In this document: in pieces, positions 61,130 to 64,000 of the stretch
Layout of the letters: each line of letters opens with the position of its first letter
Position numbering within the stretch: position 1 is the first letter of the stretch
IMG/VR virus record: IMGVR_UViG_3300045970_000065
Coordinates: 1-64,000 of that record
Source: a virus
Strand: one strand, 5' to 3'
DNA: 64,000 nt
The notes under the pieces: model-generated
Databases searched by the model: none
Seen by the model: only the letters and a program-made list of their open reading frames with translations
Told to the model about the DNA's origin: nothing
Position numbers and translations under genes: made by a program

Positions 61130-62705
61130 ATGATCAACCGCTTGAAGAGAAATGTAATTCGGAGATTAAGTGATGAAGTCTCAGCACATAATCCCATAAA
61201 ATTTCTTAACAAGCTGAATATCGACGAGTACTTTCCCGTAGTAATCGCAACTCTCTACTTATACACACGTATGAAAAGAGGGACTAATAAAAGTGTTTAT
61301 CTAACCGAGGTAGCTTCAGCAATCGGTCATAGTATCCGTAATAAATATAAACTCAAAAGAGATTCAGCTTTAGCTATTAAAGCGGGTGCTTTCTTATTGT
61401 ACACTTTTGAACAGGCAGGTATGGTTCAGATAGTGCTAGGAAAAGGATCCAATGGACACGGTTCGTATATCCTTAAGATTAATGATGATCCTGCAATATG
61501 CCTATTATGGAATTCACTACCAGTACGATTAATTGAAAAGTTGCCTTCCGAGAAACCGTATGCTCCATGGGTATCGACACGTCATAAGGAAACAGGATTA
61601 TCGCTTGTAAAGACAGGTAATAAGGATGTGTTAGATAAAATAACACCTGCTACACATCCTATCTTGTTTAATGTAATTAATCGAAAGCTCGAGGTTGGTT
61701 GGACGGTTAATGCAGAGTTATATCATGTACATGTATGGGCACTTAAAGAAAAGACTGAAGCATTCGCTGAAATCTGGGAACAACAGAACCCAGAAGCGAA
61801 AGTGACTAAACTCAGGGAGGCTAAAGCAATTGGAGACATTGCTAAAAGATTTATTGACAAAACGTTCTTCCACCTTTATTATTTCGACTTTAGGGGACGA
61901 ATCTATCCTGCCACGGCCTACCTTCATGAGCAAGGAAGTGATCTTGCAAGGGGACTCTTGCTACGTAGTGACAGTAAAGCCATTGGTAGAGAAGGTTTCT
62001 TTTGGCTTTGTGTGTCAATCGCGTCAAACTGGGGAGGTTCTTGTGGAAGGCGAGATGGAGCTAAAACTGACAAAATACCGCTCAAAGACAGATTCCAATG
62101 GGTCCTAGACAATGAAGATATATTCTTGGACTATGCATCAAACCCAAAAGAGTATCAAAACTGGATGCAAGCTGACAAGCCTTGGCAATTCTTAGCTGCA
62201 TGTATTGAGCTAAGAAAGCTAAGGGAATGGCAAACAAATTTTACATTTGATGGTAGTGGTCCAGATTATAGTAACTATAATTATGAGTCGCATCTAGAAG
62301 TCTACATTGACGGTAGTAATAATGGCTCACAACACTTATCAGCATTGACTCGTGATGAAGTAACAGCCCCGCATGTAAATCTAGTACCATCAGATTTACC
62401 AGGTGATCTGTATAAGTATATTGCAGATCACGTTTGGGCGCGACTTGAAAAAGCCTATAATGACATGGCACCATTCGAAAGAGAACTTTGTGAGACATTC
62501 ATCGATAATATAATTGACCTTAAACGGCAGATATATGAAGCTGAGCCGCAGAGTGAAGAACGCAAATGTCTGATTGATAAAATCCAAAAGGAAAAGAATT
62601 TAAATATCTTCCTTCAAGACAAGGCTTGTGTTGTTTACTGGCTACGTGTAACTGATCCAAAAGAAAGAAGAAAGATTTGCAAGAGAAATGTTATGACACT
62701 TCCGT
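61130..62705 (+). CDS. T7-like single-subunit RNA polymerase, exon 1
   Basis: YYFDFRGRIYPATAYLHEQGSDLARGLL (cf T7 MDWRGRVYAVSMFNPQGNDMTKGLL); motif A VYIDGSNNGSQHLSALTRDE (Asp 62309..62311); start of motif B RRKICKRNVMTLP. The ORF then reads into the intron and stops at 62722. Confidence 0.9.
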
Positions 62706-63425
62706 TAACTAGGCGGAAGTAAAATCGGGTGAATTCAGGGAACATCCATTCACCGTGGACAATCCTGAGCCAAGCTTACGCGGAAATGCGTCTGAAGGTG
62801 CAACGACTATTATGTAGGGAGGTAGTCCTCTCGAAGCGCCCGACACCGTTAGGTGATGATATAGTCTGGTCTGCATAGTGATATGCAGCTGTCAATAATT
62901 CAAATGAGGAGTTAACATTGAATTGGTTTGAATATTTCGAATATGAAGATGGTGAATTGATTAGGTTACACAGTAATAATCAACACAAACATGTAGGTTC
63001 TGAGAATAGTTGTGGTTATGTTCAATTTGAACATCAAGGCAGAACATATATGTTGCACAGGATTATTTGGGAGATGCATTATGGTGCAATATCGAAAGAT
63101 ACTCAAATAGATCATATTGATAGAAATCCGTATAATAATCGAATAGAGAATTTGAGAATATGTACTCAAAATCAGAATCAAATAAATGCCAGAATACCTA
63201 AGAATAATACAAGCGGTTTTAAAGGTGTTCTGAAAACACCTAATGGTAAATTTCAAGCAAGACTGGGCTATAATGGCGTTAAGTTATATTTAGGGTTATT
63301 TGATACAGCTGAAGCAGCTAATGAAAAAGTCATCGCGAAAACGAGAGAATTGTACGGTGAATTTGCAATTCTCTAATTTGAATTATCGACAGAGTACACA
63401 GTAACGAAGTGTGCTGAACAACACG
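62706..63425 (+). mobile_element. Group I intron in the RNAP gene (720 nt) carrying an HNH-AP2 ORF
   Basis: Exon end CTTCCGT (62699..62705) pairs with intron GCGGAAG (62713..62719), with a U-G at the splice site. Intron ends in G (63425). Splicing gives ...VMTLP-Y-GGTAYGLGQQQ, restoring motif B. Core blocks shared with the terL intron. Confidence 0.8.
62918..63376 (+). CDS. Intron-encoded HNH homing endonuclease with AP2 DNA-binding domain
   Basis: TTG start after GAGGAGTTAACA; HNH IDHIDRNPYNNRIENLRICTQNQN; AP2-like SGFKGVLKTPNGKFQARLGYNGVKLYLGLFDTAEAA. Confidence 0.85.
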   Translation: MNWFEYFEYEDGELIRLHSNNQHKHVGSENSCGYVQFEHQGRTYMLHRIIWEMHYGAISKDTQIDHIDRNPYNNRIENLRICTQNQNQINARIPKNNTSGFKGVLKTPNGKFQARLGYNGVKLYLGLFDTAEAANEKVIAKTRELYGEFAIL

Positions 63426-64000
63426 ATGGAGGTACAGCTTATGGATTGGGGCAACAACAGATAGATGATGCTCGTAAGCACGGAATTACACTATTACTCT
63501 ACCTTGAGCACAAATGGGGTGCCTTTCTTGGTAGAGAAATCTATGAAGATTGCAGAACGTCTCTCGAACGACCTATGCGTCTGCTCAAGATTTTTGAAGA
63601 CGCCGGTAAGAAGGCCGAGGCAGAAGGTAGATTCTTATCGTGGACAGTCCCCCTCACGCATTTCCCGGTCGTTCAAAATTATACTGAAGGCACCGTCAAA
63701 AAGATTTGGGTACAATATGGACCGCCGGAAGGTTGTAGACTTCCAAATCACTATTACACCAATACACTGCAACTAGCTGTATGTTTCATTGAGGATGTAG
63801 TGCCTTCTAAGAGAAAACAATCTCAAGGAGCCAGTCCTAATGCAATACATAGTTTGGATGCCGCTCATCTCACAATAACGTGCGATCAGGCACCATTCGA
63901 TGTGACAACGATTCACGATTCATTCGGATGCCTACTGGCAGATATGCCGGTACTCTACAAACTCGTCAGAGAGACTTTTGTTCAACTGTATTCTACTGAT
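63426..64000 (+). CDS. T7-like RNA polymerase, exon 2 (3' partial, runs off the window)
   Basis: Frame 2 open from 63426 to the window end: YGGTAYGLGQQQ ... SPNAIHSLDAAHL (cf PNFVHSQDGSHL) ... TTIHDSFGC (motif C). Track ORF 63465..63776 is in the wrong frame. Confidence 0.9.

Noticed and set aside
63465-63776. 103-aa + strand ORF in the track
   Set aside because: It is in the wrong frame. The frame starting at 63426 encodes unmistakable T7-RNAP motifs (YGGTAYG, HSLDAAHL, IHDSFG) and stays open to the window end.
1-64000. Search by eye for tRNA genes (GGTTCGAATCC-type T-arms), rRNA and CRISPR repeat-spacer arrays
   Set aside because: None was recognised. The GC-rich spacers lack tRNA T-loop or anticodon-arm geometry, and no regularly spaced direct repeats were seen. 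A tRNAscan or CRISPR-finder run would be needed to be certain.

Overview
About 64 kb of a large tailed dsDNA phage genome. Every credible gene is on the + strand.

**Layout.** The temporal order is T7-like (early small genes -> RNAP -> DNA metabolism -> virion and lysis). The tail module is lambda-like: tube, G/GT chaperones with a GGGAAAG slip site, a 3839-aa tape measure and a J-like tip protein, implying a long non-contractile tail. The host is probably Gram-negative (separate i-/o-spanin pair, lipoboxes).

**Window order.**
- 1-13829: nucleotide and DNA metabolism. Contains an intein-containing RNR, a minimal SET-domain methyltransferase, an ATP DNA ligase, a VWA protein, a PurZ/PurA-like enzyme, a DEDDh exonuclease and many tiny Cys-rich ORFs.
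- 13833-14340: terminator, tandem promoter-like motifs and AT-rich repeats.
- 14357-56397: packaging (TerL split by a group I intron), fibres, lysis cassette, portal, a 1567-aa MuF::T7-like-RNAP fusion, scaffold, capsid and tail.
- 56398-56739: a second tandem-motif / AT-rich control region.
- 56740-60855: early small genes separated by long structured GC-rich spacers.
- 61130-64000: a conventional T7-like RNAP gene, split inside motif B by a second, homologous group I intron. It runs off the window.

**Promoter candidate.** The 15-nt motif CCGTTAAATTAACCC occurs as 3 exact copies plus 1 one-mismatch copy, all intergenic and all on +. It is the likely phage-RNAP promoter.

**Headline.** A head-morphogenesis (MuF / SPP1 gp7) domain is fused to a single-subunit RNAP. 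This suggests a capsid-packaged, injected polymerase in addition to the early-gene RNAP.

**Limits.** No tRNA, rRNA or CRISPR array was recognised. All calls come from reading motifs by eye; no database search or folding program was available.
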